From: Chrysomallon squamiferum | Taxonomy: Eukaryota > Animalia > Mollusca | Length of the DNA: 64,000 nt | NCBI GenBank assembly: GCA_012295275.1 | Contig: CM022672.1 | Location: 10,974,001 to 11,038,000, forward strand | Reading direction: 5' to 3' | In this document: in pieces, positions 13,552-26,900 of the stretch | How positions within the stretch are numbered: position 1 is the first letter of the stretch | Layout of the letters: each line of letters begins with the position of its first letter | Program-made: the position numbers and the translations under genes | Notes under the pieces: generated by a model | What the model was told of the DNA's origin: nothing | Seen by the model: the letters and a program-made list of their open reading frames with translations, nothing else | Database searches by the model: none

Positions 13552-16245
13552 ATGTGTATATGTTTGCATGTTTAAGTGTGTGCATGTGTCTGTATATATG
13601 TATATGAGTCTGTGTCTGTCTGTATATGCATGTGTGTGTGCATGTGTGTGTGTGTGTATGCATATATATGTACAGGCATTTATATAGGTATACATATATG
13701 TATATTCATATGTAAACGTACTTGTATGTAAATAAAAAATTGATCCACTATCATGTTTTAGGTAAAAAGAAGATACTGTGCTTAACTCAGTGGTTAGAGT
13801 GCACAACTGAAATATTTTACTAACACTGTAACATTATTTAATGCAATGTAGAAATAACTGGGCTAGAAAATATATTTATTATTGTTGTTGTTGTTGTTGT
13901 TGTTATTGTTATTAAAAATTTTATTTCATTTTTTTATTATTATTTTTTTAACTAATTAATTATTTTATTTTATTTATTATTTTTGATTAAAATTTAGTAT
14001 TTTAAACTTACAGAATGGGTTCTTGAGGAAGCGGAGAAGTTTAACTTCATAAAAGGAATTGTTGGAGGTATTGATATCACCTCTTCAGAGGTAAATTTAA
14101 ATTATCTGCTTTGGTCATCATTTTCTTGTAATGATAAATAAGAAACAAATTATGTTCAAAATGAATGTTGTTAAATATTATTAATATTGCACTTTTTGTT
14201 AAAAATAGAAAGAGTTATTAATCATTATTATACTAAAAATCATCATTAATATTTCATTAGAGTATTGTCACCAGATTCTATATTTATTATACACGATTAA
14301 AATATATATTAATCAAACCTTTTAAAACTTAAAAAAAATAACCAAATATTTTGTGTTTCCAGCTGGAAGCAACGTTGGATGAATTTCAGAATTTTCCGCT
14401 CTTTAAAGGGGTTCGACACATACTGGATTTTGAAAATTCTTCATGGCTCACACAAAGTGAAGTACACACAGGGCTGGACATCTTACAGCAGAGAGGGCTG
14501 ACCTTTGACCTTTTACTTCGGTATGAACCCAATAAAGATAAATATTTGAAATGAATTTAAATAATATTTTTGAAATGAGTGTAATTTACTAAGGTGCTCA
14601 GTATTTAGAAATAATAATAATAATAAAAACAAAAAAAATCAGTCAAGCTAAAAGCAAATGGCTAAATATAAATAATTTATTTCTGCAGATGGATAGATGT
14701 TTGGATATATATTGTAAATACAGTATAAATGATTGTATTAATAAACTTTTATTTTTATTTTTAACTTTGTAGCACAGAGCATTTAGTTATCAAAACACAT
14801 TTGGACAAACAACAAAAATAATTATTATTAAATAATTAAAATATTTACTGATTTAATTTAATCTATCACTGAAGACATAGCTTTATAAACCAAGAAACCA
14901 TTTTTCAAATGGTATGTTTAACTTCACGTCATATATATTTGTTAAATTTACTCAGTTGATTTGTTTTACCTAATTATATTTCTTTGAATTTCATAGTCCT
15001 CCATTACTGAAGCACATTCCAGAACTGGCACGAAAGTTTCCAAGGTTTGTTAAAATTTAGGAATTTAAGAAAAAATCGTGATACACCATAAGCTGTTGCT
15101 GAATTTGAGAACAAAATAATTCATTAGACGTTTATATTTTTTTAACAGGTCTGTTTTTAGTAGAAACATTTAACCCTATGTCTTTTTTATCACTAGCTGC
15201 CATATAGTATGTTTTTAAAATGGATTAAATAGTTTTGGAGTGAACTTTTAAAAACATATATTAAATTTTAATATAGTCTTTAAATGTTCACCCCAAAATC
15301 AATTAATTAAATTTAATATCAATTAAAATACTTGAAGAATATGATTTGTTTTGTGTTTTTTTTTTTTTTTAAATGGAAAATAATATTTATAAATAAAATT
15401 AAAATTAAATAAATTTATTTAAAATACAAATTACACATAAACATTATCATCATTAGAATTTTTGACATATACATATAATTCATTAGGTTTAACCTCTACA
15501 TTACTGAATGAAATCAGTGGAAAAACCTGAACTGTGGATAAAACCAGACAATACTCAGGCACTGTACTGGGCTGGTGAAAACATAATTACAAACACTTAC
15601 ATAAATATAAATATGAATATAATTCAGTTTATTCTGACCATTAAAGTCATCAATGTAGGAACAGAGGTTGTTACGATTTCATTTCAGTATATATTTTTTA
15701 TTATTATTATTTTTTTTCCATTTTTATTTATTTACTATTATTTTTTTATTATTATTATTTATTATTATTTTTTTTTTACTATTATTTTTTATTTTATTTA
15801 CTGATTTTCTTTGGAAGGTTTACTGTTAAATGTTACTGTTTTGATTTACATAATCTGAGAAAATGTCAGAATTATTAATATGGTGCTCTTTCTTTGGTGT
15901 TCATTCCAGATTTATTCTTTAAAATTATTTTAAACAGTATTCTTAAATCCATTTCCAATAACATAACTTCTTGGCAACAATATTAGGCGGTTTTTTTTTT
16001 CATAAATTTACTAGTATTCTTATATCTTGCAAAAAAAAATTTCATTTGAAAATATTCTTTTTCATTTGTTTCGAATATTTATTGAGAGTTATTTTTTTAA
16101 CAGACTACTAATGGTTGTTGACCATCTTGCCAAGCCATATATAAAGGATAAGATATTAAGTCCATGGAAAGAGGAAATTGCTGAAATAGCTAAATTTCCC
16201 AATATCTACTGTAAACTGTAAGTCAGATATTTGTTGTTATTTTTT

Positions 16246-16343
<98 letters not shown>

Positions 16344-17145
16344 ATATACATTACTTTTATTTTTTATTTTCTTTCAGTATTATTTAAATGTCATCATTTT
16401 TAGCCTTAGAATTCATTGTTTTATGTACATGTTTTAGCCTGAGCAATACCTTCTGTTTGTTAATCTTTTCTTTTCCAGTTCTGGGATGGTTACTGAAGCA
16501 GATCAGGAAAAATGGACTAAAGATGACTTTAAACCTTACGTTCAAGTAAGTGGAAGTAAATTGAATTAATTTATATTTATTTATTTGATAACTGTTTGGA
16601 AGTCTTTGGTGGGGGGTATGTGGAACGTAATCTATTAGTAAGATTACATTTATTAGACTAATAACAATAACTGGTTAAAACAGCAGTCATACACTAGTAT
16701 TTTTATGACTGAAAGATTCTTGTGATACTAAAGTTAAGAAAATGTTCCATCTCCATTCTTTTTGAAAATATAGTATGATGAAAATAATGAGAAAAAATTT
16801 AAATACATTTAATAAGGGATATCTGTTTCAGAATGCAACATACAATGGTTTATGACATACTTCAGATTAAAATAATATCTCTTATAGAACAAAGAGAAAA
16901 TACATATAATTTTTTTGTTGTTGTTGTTGTTGTTGTTGTTGCAGCATGTTCTAGAATGCTTTGGTGTTGATCGATGCATGTTTGGCTCCGATTTCCCAGT
17001 CTTATTGCAAGCTAGTGCTGGGTATGCCGATACTTTCAAACTTCTTTTGGACTTGCTTAATGACTTGCAGATAACTGAAGACGACAGAAACAAAATTTTC
17101 AGGGAGAATGCTGTCAGATTTTATAACTTAGTGCTGAATCAGTAA
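12508..17145 (+). CDS. Amidohydrolase_2 family protein, L-fucono-1,5-lactonase-like (COG3618); 8 exons, 284 aa
   Basis: Exons 12508-12535, 13162-13323, 14014-14090, 14363-14520, 14997-15044, 16104-16217, 16479-16545 and 16945-17145 sum to 855 nt in frame. Motifs are [56 protein letters not shown] and NAVRFYNL. Confidence 0.92.
13455..13720. repeat. Compound (TG)n/(TA)n microsatellite
   Basis: Directly visible. It explains the spurious HT/CV-rich ORFs. Confidence 0.95.
15368..15667 (+). repeat. Dispersed repeat of about 300 bp, copy A (amidohydrolase intron 5)
   Basis: The core CAGTGGAAAAACCTGAACTGTGGAT..ACCAGACAATA.TCAG..ACTGTACTG..TAATTACA.ACACTTACATAAATATAAATAT recurs reverse-complemented at 21930-22230. 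Confidence 0.85.
16248..16339. repeat. (GA)n microsatellite
   Basis: Directly visible. Confidence 0.98.
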
Positions 17146-19287
17146 GATCAGCTTTCTCTTATCTTTTGATAATTTTACTGATTGTGATCTATTTTTACAA
17201 ATGATACTATACAATGATGATTTTAATTCATTTTTTTTACACTTTTACAATCATTTTTAACCATTTCACACATACATTTTTGTACTCAGTGTTCATTTTA
17301 CATCGTAATATTACCACATGCTAGAAACATGTAAAACATATCATATTACAATTCAATGTGAAGATGTTTTTTCATATGCATCAGATAAATATGCAGTTAT
17401 ATATAACAGTATATCATATTTACAATATGTGTATAGTATAATCAATTATTTCTGTACCAGATTTTTAAAAGATTTCACTTAAAATGGTTTGTGAAAAAAA
17501 AAAAATAATAATCTGTATTTTCTTACTCTATAAAAACCAGTATTTGATAGAAATATCTTTACTCTGTGTTTTGTTTCTTTTACTGAGTTTTCAGAACCAA
17601 CTTTATCCATATGTTTAATATACCAAATAATAAGATTATTTTAAATACAAATCCACAAATATCAGATTTCTAACAATGTGTACAGACATAATATATACAT
17701 ATAATCCTTTAAATCATCTTTATTAGTAACATTTATGACAGTTTGTGGTGTTGGTCATATTAATTTTTGGATGAAATTGTTTCAGATGTGTTCCGATCAG
17801 TTTGTGGGCAAACATTTTGTTTTTGGTTTGGTTGTAATAATTACGATTATCCAAAATTTTGACCAGTAACTGGCTAACAGCTATTTATTTAATCGCACAA
17901 AGAAAATATTACAAACAAAAGTGATCAAGTGCTAGTATATCTGATCTTATTATGGTTGATTTTTGTTGTTCGATAATAATTGGTGATGGTTAATTAATGT
18001 TTCTTTAGAGGATTCATACTTGTAATAACAAAAGTGAGTGCCTAACTATCTGTATTTGTATTATTCTTACAAAGATGCTGCTACACTGTTCACTTTTTCT
18101 ACTCAAGCTATTTTTGTAATTTTTCAAATTAAATTTGTCCTGGTCATTTTGAAGTCAATGCATCATCTATGCAGAGGCATTCTTACTTGTACATAATTTA
18201 TAAAAATATTACTATTATTATTATTTGTATTAAGCTGGTTCATTTTATATATATTACAAACATGGGCTAAATTCAGTTTTGCACTTATTATATTTCATTC
18301 CTGATTTCTACTAAATTGTTTTCATTTTTGAATACCTAATTATATCAATGAGGCACCTTGATGTAATAACAATTGAAAAACAACGAAGTGAAAACTTTTT
18401 GTAAAAGATATATGTATTTAATCAAAAACAAGAATTATGCATTTCTTTCATGTTACTTACTTTGTTTATATTATGAACAAGTAAATATTTTATTATGAGT
18501 TCTGAAATTTTAAATTTTATTTTTAATTTTATATATACACATACATAGTCATTACTTAAAATTGTGTGGTGATTTATTATTTTTGTTTTTGTTTGTTTGT
18601 TTTTTATATTGGTGTTCTACAATTAATTACTGTGATAAAAAAAAATTTGTGGTCAATTAATCTTTGTGTTGTTGTTTATTCAAAATTAATAACTGAATAA
18701 ATATTTGCTTTTAATGACATCTTTATGCGTTTTATGTGAATGATTATGTGATGTCGAAAATAGTTTAAATGTAATTTATATGTTAACATGTGTCATTTAG
18801 TAACCATCAGTTTACAGTGTGAAGCATTATTAAGTACATTTACAACATATTAAATAGTTTTGTAAATGTTTTTCATAATTATTATTAAGTTATTTTTTTT
18901 TTTTTTAAATCTTATTAACTGAACTGCACTCACAAGAATATGAAAAATAATTTATATGTGTAATTACTGCATTAAGATTATAAATATTAAGAATTTATTT
19001 TATTAGTAGTATTCCAGAATGTATTCATATTTGATAATAACATTCACTAAATTCTTCTTTTATTCATACAGGACCATAAGTTATGACTTTTTTATGTGTT
19101 TAAATATAATTGTTTTTATTTTTTAATTATTAATTAATTTATAGCTGATTGATGATTTATAATAAGGTGATAATAGTTATGTATTTGGTAGTATGTTCTC
19201 TGATGCTATGCTGGAAGAAAACAAACAGCAAGTGGAAACAACTTGCTTTTCTACATTCGATCCAATTGTTTTCTTATCTAAAAAATA

Positions 19288-19394
<107 letters not shown>

Positions 19395-20512
19395 GGGTGT
19401 ACAATTGCATGCAACACACAAAATAACAAATGAATAAAATTATAAATGATAGAATACCTATATAGCAAACTGAGAATAGCAACACTAATGCATTTTTTTT
19501 TTTTTTTTTTTTTTTTAATTGTCAAATGAAGATGTATTCTAGACCAATTAAAAGAAAACCAATCCCAAATGTAAAACAAGGTATTTTTAATAATGTAAAA
19601 GTTATCATCACATTTCAAGGTTTTCAAAAATCCATTTTCTGTGTATCTGTACTTTTATATATTTTTTTTAAACTTAAGTCATTGAAAAACTTATTTGAAG
19701 AAATATCTTTATAAAATTTGCACTGTCTATTCAATAACAGACCTATGCAGATCTTAATAGAGGTTAAATTACTTAGTTAAATATTATGCTTTAGGCCTGT
19801 TTCAACTGAATAAATAAAAATGAGACCATTCGCGATCATGAGATCATAAGAGTTGTGGTTCGGGAATAACTAATTTTCCTTTTATTTTGCTCTTTACTAC
19901 TGAAGATGACCGTATAGAAAGTGGTCTTTCCTGATTGGTTCTTTTGCGCGATGAATCGTGCACTACCGTTTCAGTTCAAATGGCTATTAAACAATAAATA
20001 CGGTGTTTATTTGTGAAATACAACGCAGAATGTGAAAGAAGATAGATCTAAATTTAAATAATCTATTCAGAGTAAACGACCGTTTTCAATTTTTTACAAT
20101 GTTTTGTTCCAATATTCGGCTATCACATTTAGTAATTTACCTATTTCCCCTGTTTCGATTTATTTTCGGGATTTTCAGTTATTTCTTTTTAAGAAATTCC
20201 TTTAATAAAAAAATAAATAAATAAATAAAAAATGTATGTCAGATTTTGAGAAAGGAATTACCTATTGCTGGAAAAATAAATACTAAATACTTAAAATAGG
20301 TAGCGAACCCCCAAGCGAGGTTTTATACTAACTTAATTAGTACCTATTAATTTTAAATTAACGTTATATAATTGAAATCTTAATGATAAAAAACCCTGTT
20401 ACGCTAAACCACATTCAGCTATCGGAAGGATGTCAGTCAGAGTGACTGGAATACTAAAGCTGATCAACGATCGAATTAATAACCTTATAGTAAAGATGTA
20501 AACAAACGATAA

Positions 20513-20527
20513 ACCGGAACCGGAAAT
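20513..20527 (+). promoter_or_regulatory. Tandem ETS-type motif, putative ZDHHC16 promoter
   Basis: ACCGGAACCGGAAAT lies in a locally CpG-containing stretch about 1.1 kb upstream of the first coding exon. Confidence 0.45.
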
Positions 20528-21632
20528 AATTGCAATCTATTTCATATTATACTTCCTAAAAGTCGGAACATGAAGGAAAACATGCAAAATACAATTTATT
20601 AAAAATATAAATAACACGCATTAAATAATAATACGTTTATACTTTAATATATTTTAATAACATAGCTTAAATCCTTGCACATAAATATGATAAAAGAACA
20701 CAACAGCAAATTTTAAAATATTAAATAATCAGTTCTGTGCCAATTGAATGTCCGATTGAACGTTGAGATTTTATTTATTTGTTATTTGGTATTATCTGAA
20801 ATCTGAATAATAGAATTTTAACAAAATGACAGTAATGAACAAAAATATTTTATGTTGTGTGAATCTTACTCTGTTGCGTTTTTTGGTACAGAGAAGGGGA
20901 AATAACTCGAGAAAGTTACATATATAAAATTTACATTAATAATTTTATAAAATAACATACTTACATAGTTTTACATTTCAACAAATAGATACAGCGGAGG
21001 GTATTTATCAATATATCAACACATTCAACCTGTAATAGGTAATATATTTTCATCAGAATTATCAGATATAATCTGATATAATTTTCTCAGAATAAAATGT
21101 CACATTATATTTCATAACATTTTAATGATTTTTCAGTGTTATAATTTGCCATATTTCTGTTAGAAAAACCCAAACATAGTTCACTTCAGTACTGATGAAA
21201 GTGATTTTCCAAAACAAAAATATTTTTAATGTAATAGGTTAATTGTGGCAAAACAAATTTTGAATCTCTTTCTTTAAATTTTGGCAGATATTTTATTCTG
21301 TAATAGTTATAGAATTTATTTTTGATATATAATATTAATCTTCTTTTTGTTCTGTTTCTTAAACAGTTCTTAATGTGTTTATATAATAAAAGGTACACTT
21401 GTTTTTGTTTAACACTCTGTGAAGTGACTTTTAATGTTAACACTGAAAAGCAAGTGACCATAGTTACATGATTACTAAATTGCTATTTCATATAATTCAA
21501 CTACACATGCCATTCAGTATACCTGATGCAGATTTTAAGTACATAGGCCTATATATTATTATTTTATTTTATTTTTTATAAAGCATTCCCAGCAATGGCT
21601 GGTTTTGCTTGAAATTTTCTCACACACTCTGA

Positions 21633-22250
21633 ATGCCATCTTGGAAATACTCCATAAGGATGGGTCGTATAACCTGGAGACTTGGCCAGTGTCCATCAAG
21701 ACTAGCCATGTGGTTTCACCAGAAGAAAGCAGATGTTGTGTTATTGTATAAAACACTGTTTTACAATGACTTCAACACATGGACAACTTTTGCAGACACC
21801 TGCTTTGAACCAATATTTTGGTTTGTCGACCACTTCACCAAATATCTAGGTCCAGTGAGTATATTTATTTTTCTGTTTATATCTAGACATTGTAACGAAA
21901 ATTTTAAACATTTTTTAACGATTTTGACTTCTCCTGTTCCTGTAGTGAAGACTTTAGAGGTTGGAGTTTTATTTATATTTATATTTATGTAAGTGTATGT
22001 AATTATTTTTTCACTAGTACAGTACAGTATCTGAATATTGTCTGGTGTCATCCACAGTTCAGGTTTTTCCACTGTTACCCATGCAGAGGTTAAGCCAAAT
22101 GAATTATATGTATATTTTATTGTTTTATATGTAATAATTGAAAAATATTAATGTTGATAATATTTATTAATTTTAATAAATGTATGTAATTTAAATTTTA
22201 TTTATAAATATTAGTTTCCAATTTAAAAACTCCAACAAGAACAAACATTG

Positions 22251-22281
<31 letters not shown>

Positions 22282-22591
22282 CATACAGCCTTAATGGAAA
22301 CTTTTGAAAATTCTTTTTATTAGCTTTTTTGTCATATGCTGTATGCTGAGAAAAAAGAAAAATGAAACAAAAACAAATTTTCTAAACTTTCCATTACGGC
22401 TGAATTCATCATTTAAAATATAATTGTAACATATTTAATAAAGGTAACATAGAAATAATAAAAAATAAAATAAAATCTCAGGAAAGAGTAAAATAATGTT
22501 ATATGCTTCTGTATGCCTATCTGTTTCTGCCTCTGGTTACAAACAGACATTCAATTAATGTATTTTATTTGCTGTTTATTATTTTATTGTA

Positions 22592-22622
<31 letters not shown>

Positions 22623-25600
22623 TGTATAATTATTTATTTTTTATTTGTTAATATTTATTTGTTCAAGTAATTACTTACTGATTTTTTTTTTTATTATTTA
22701 TTCATGTTTCAGATAATGGTGACTGCAGTTGTTATACTCTCAACATTATGTGTTGGAATATTTTATGTGTGTATTTTGCCTTACATCTACTATGAGAACA
22801 ATATCATTGCCACCACATTCCACATGGTTTTCGGTCACTGGCTTCTCATGATGGTTGTTTTTAACTTCGTCATGGCATGTTTTACCTGTCCTGGACATCC
22901 TCCAGAGGTAATATTTGTTATATTTACTGAAAAAGTAGTAGTGAAGAAATATTAATATTAAATTAAAAAATATATTTGAGTCCGATAAGGCTGTTATCAG
23001 AAATGCATAAAATCAAGTGAAATAAATAAATCAAAAGAAAAGATTTGACAAAATACTGTTAAGTGCCATTTTGCTGGGCATTAAAATTCTGTGATTTAAA
23101 AAACAAAACAAATTAAGTCCTCTGGTTCTCGAGAGAGTGTATTTAACCAAAACATCCTGATCTTACAAGATCTCTCACTGGATTCAGGTGATTGTTGCTA
23201 ATATCTACATATAAAATGTTTCTTTTCTTTGCCAGGTTGTTCCAGAGAGTGTGTCAATATGTAAAAAATGTATTTCACCAAAGCCTCCTCGAACACATCA
23301 CTGTACTGTGTGCAAGAGATGTATTCTTAAAATGGACCATCACTGCCGTATCTTTGTATCATAGCAGTCCTTATTTGTAACTTAAACTTCTAAGCTACTG
23401 TGATAGAATTTAAAAGTATTCATATTTTGATACAGTGTTAATTATTGATGTCATTTAAAGTTTCATTTTGCATTTTTAATACAGGTAATTATCCTGAGAT
23501 AGGTAGATTTATTTATTTATTATTATTGGGTTTTTTTTGTTTGGTTTTTTTATAGAAATAACGTCTTATCTTAACAGAGTTAAATATACTTTTTATTATT
23601 ATTATTCCTTTACTGACTAATCTCAGCTTGGTTAAACAACTGTGTAGGTTTGTACAATCATCGTTACTTTTTCATGTTTTGTTTCTACATGTTTTGTGGA
23701 ACTTTCTACATCAGTGTTGTAGGCTATGACCTCTTCAAGCAGCATTTCCATGGCAGCAAGGTTTCTTTTATAAACTTTTTATTTTACATTAACTGTAAAC
23801 AATAAATAATATTTTAAAATGTAAATTTAATTAAATGAAAATTAATGAAATTATTGTCTATAAATCTAATTATGTATACATTGTAAACAGAATATAAAAC
23901 ATTATATCCATGGCAGCAAGGTTTCTTTTTTAAACATTATATTTCACATTAATTTTATATTGTTTAAAATTTAATTAAATGAAAGTGATGTAATTATCGT
24001 CTGTAGATATAATTATTTATAAGTAGTAAACAGAATACAAAACAGAAATTGCATTTTTTCTCAAAAGTTTTAATATCAAGCTAATAATATATATGTATGT
24101 ATGTATATAAAGGTTGTTTTGAATTTTAACATTGTTTGTTTTTCTTTTACTTTCAGCATATTTTGTTCCCTACTGTGTTGTCTCCTCTTAAGTACATATT
24201 TACCAAACCACCATCTTTGGTATGTTTATCTTTCATGACATTTTATTTCAAAACTTCTTAATTTTATTATGTCTGAGAATTTTTCATCATGATTATAGAA
24301 TTAAAATCCAAATACAATTAAATCACTGCAAAGAAAAAGATAGAAAATTTAATGTTTTATCTACAATTTTAAATTAGTGTCTAATTAAATTGATAGTGAT
24401 ATCATCTTTGCTGTGTGTACAGTATATTTTAATTATGAACATATCTGCATATAATATTTATACATTATTAAAAATTAATTAGTTTGAATTTTTCATATGC
24501 ATTTCTAAAATTATTTTTATTTATTATTTGTTATATTACCTATATATATTTTTCTTTTCCCCATTATTATTATTATTTTTATATTTTATTTTATTTTGTT
24601 AGTTAGTTTGTTTCTTTCTTATTGTTGTCAAATAATATTTTCACAGAAATTAATTCCCAGCAACATTCATGGATATTTTACATCTATATCAAAATTTCTT
24701 TTAATATTTTATAAAACAGTTTAATTAAAGCAGTGTTTTGTTTTCTTTCACAGACCTCAAACCCAGAACAAATACCACATGACCTGAAACACGGGGAAGA
24801 CGACCAAACAACATTGTTCACTATTCCGTTGAAAGACCAGTGGATTCACAATGCGATTGTTTTCCAGTTTTTACTGTGTACAGGAGTGTCTATAGCACTG
24901 GGTCTGCTAACACTGTGGCACTCCAGACTGATTAGCAGGGCAGAGACTAGTATAGAAGTTCACATTAATAACAAAGAAAGAAAACGTTTGAAGAAAAAAG
25001 GACTGGTAATAAATACATTTAATTATTTATTTGCACATCTCAGTTATTACATTGGTCTCAGTTTTAATTTCTCCGTGTCTCCTGCAAGCATCACTTCATC
25101 AGTCATAACATATTGAGTGATAACAGAATTTCTTATGTATTGAAAAATGTTTTGATCTGAGATATAATCTGCAATTGCATATAGTTTCATTGAATTAACA
25201 TTCTAAATTACAGCATAGTTACTAAAATTTAGGAATCCTTTTTGAAAAATTGAAAATTTTATTATCAATATGAAGAGTTTAATTATTCAATTCATTTTGA
25301 TTTGTTGGTGATGAATATATGATAAACAATGGAATGGCTTTAGTTTTTGGTTTCTTGTCTTTTGAATTTTAGAATTTGCACCTTATTCATTCAGTTACAC
25401 ATTTTAATGAACCATTTATATTAGTAGCATATATCATAATCATACAAGAAACATATATTTAACAAGTAACTATTAATACTAAATGACATTTAGATCTTTT
25501 TACACCAATATTTTTTTATATTATTTCTTTACTATTTTTTCTTTCTTTTAAAGATTTTCAGAAATCCATATTCATTTGGTTTTGTAGAAAACTGGAAACA

Positions 25601-26442
25601 GTTTTGGGGAGTAAACAGCTGGAGGTAAGAACTATTAACATTAAATTTATGTTTATATTATTATTAACCTATTGAAATCAGTATTTATTCCAGTACCAGA
25701 CCATTTACTTGGTAGGCTTGGGACTGGAGTTGACCCAAATTTCTAGATTTTCCAAAAATAAGGCTTCACATATACTTGAAATGTCAAATAAATAATGAAA
25801 AAGTAAAAGACTGAAATTGTATTCAACACTTACACATTAATACACTTCTAAATCCAGTTTTCTGGAATCCAGGTAAACGATCTGTAATACAGAATATTGT
25901 CTTACACTGAAAATTATAATTGTGTTTATAATGGATATAAATATATTTAAAATAAATAAAAAATAAATAAAAATTTAATTTGATCCGACTGCTGTGATAC
26001 ATCTTTATATTATTTGTATAAATATATTATAAATATTTTGTTTTCTACATTTACAAATTTATTTTTTATCAACAGCAAATAATTATTTAACTGGTCTTCT
26101 ATTTTAAAAAAAAAAAAGAAAATAAAGAAAGAAAAAGAAATCTACTTCTTTTAATAGATTTTCAATTTTAAGACAGTTTTAAAAAAATCTTTCTGCTACC
26201 TAAATCTTAATTTTAAAAAATCTAAAATTTTGCTTCTCTGTTTTGCTTATTAAATGTTGGAGTACTTTTTAATAACAAAAAGAAAGACAACAAAAAATAA
26301 AATTAATTTTGTTTTGTTTTATTTTAGATCATTCTGTAGGAAAATTTTACTCCCATCGACACATACATCATATGGAGATGGGCTACGCTGGAAAACTGCT
26401 ACATACAAACTAGATCACAGCAATGGACTCGAGTTGTTATGA
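21633..26442 (+). CDS. ZDHHC16: Palmitoyltransferase ZDHHC16; 8 coding exons, about 387 aa (alternative start at 21660)
   Basis: Exons 21633-21854, 22713-22907, 23236-23347, 23627-23760, 24157-24219, 24754-25005, 25554-25624 and 26328-26442 sum to 1164 nt. It has the [54 protein letters not shown], a ZDHHC16-type N-terminus ([13 protein letters not shown]), and [31 protein letters not shown]. Confidence 0.95.
21930..22230 (-). repeat. Dispersed repeat of about 300 bp, copy B (ZDHHC16 first coding intron)
   Basis: Reverse-complement similarity to 15368-15667. Confidence 0.85.
23348..23626 (+). other. U12-type (minor spliceosome) GT-AG intron in ZDHHC16
   Basis: The 5' site is GTATCTTT and the branch element TTCCTTTAC lies at 23605-23613, 13 nt from the 3' end. 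It splits the Pro codon after DHHC. Confidence 0.85.
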
Positions 26443-26544
26443 CATAAATTTCATACTGACTGAGTCAGTTACAATTATTTATAGTCGTGCACTATTGAGA
26501 GACTTTTTAGAGACCATACTACGATTTTCTTTTTTAAGTCAGCA

Positions 26545-26900
26545 TATATATATGTATATATGTATGTTTGTATGAATGTCAGTCATGAAACAAAATTTTT
26601 ACAATATTCTCTGATAAATCAGTATGTATGTTTGTTAGACAAAGTAAAAAATTTCAAGTTTTATTCTGTTAAATCAATGCATATGTGTATGTCCAACAGT
26701 CAAGATACAAAATATAGTGATTTTTCTCTGATAAATTATGAAAAATGAATATGCATATCTGTCATTTTAAATGTGTCTCTATCTGTCAGACAAGAAAAAC
26801 AAATTTTATGTTTTACTCTGACAAATCGGTATATATGTGAGAGTTTGTGTGACAGTCAAGAACAAATATATATTTTTTTTAAATTTCTGATAAATCTATA
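26545..26900. repeat. Degenerate tandem repeat (about 55-60 bp unit) in the ZDHHC16 3' region
   Basis: Recurring TCTGATAAATC..TATGT..CAGTCAAGA..CAAAAT units. Confidence 0.6.
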
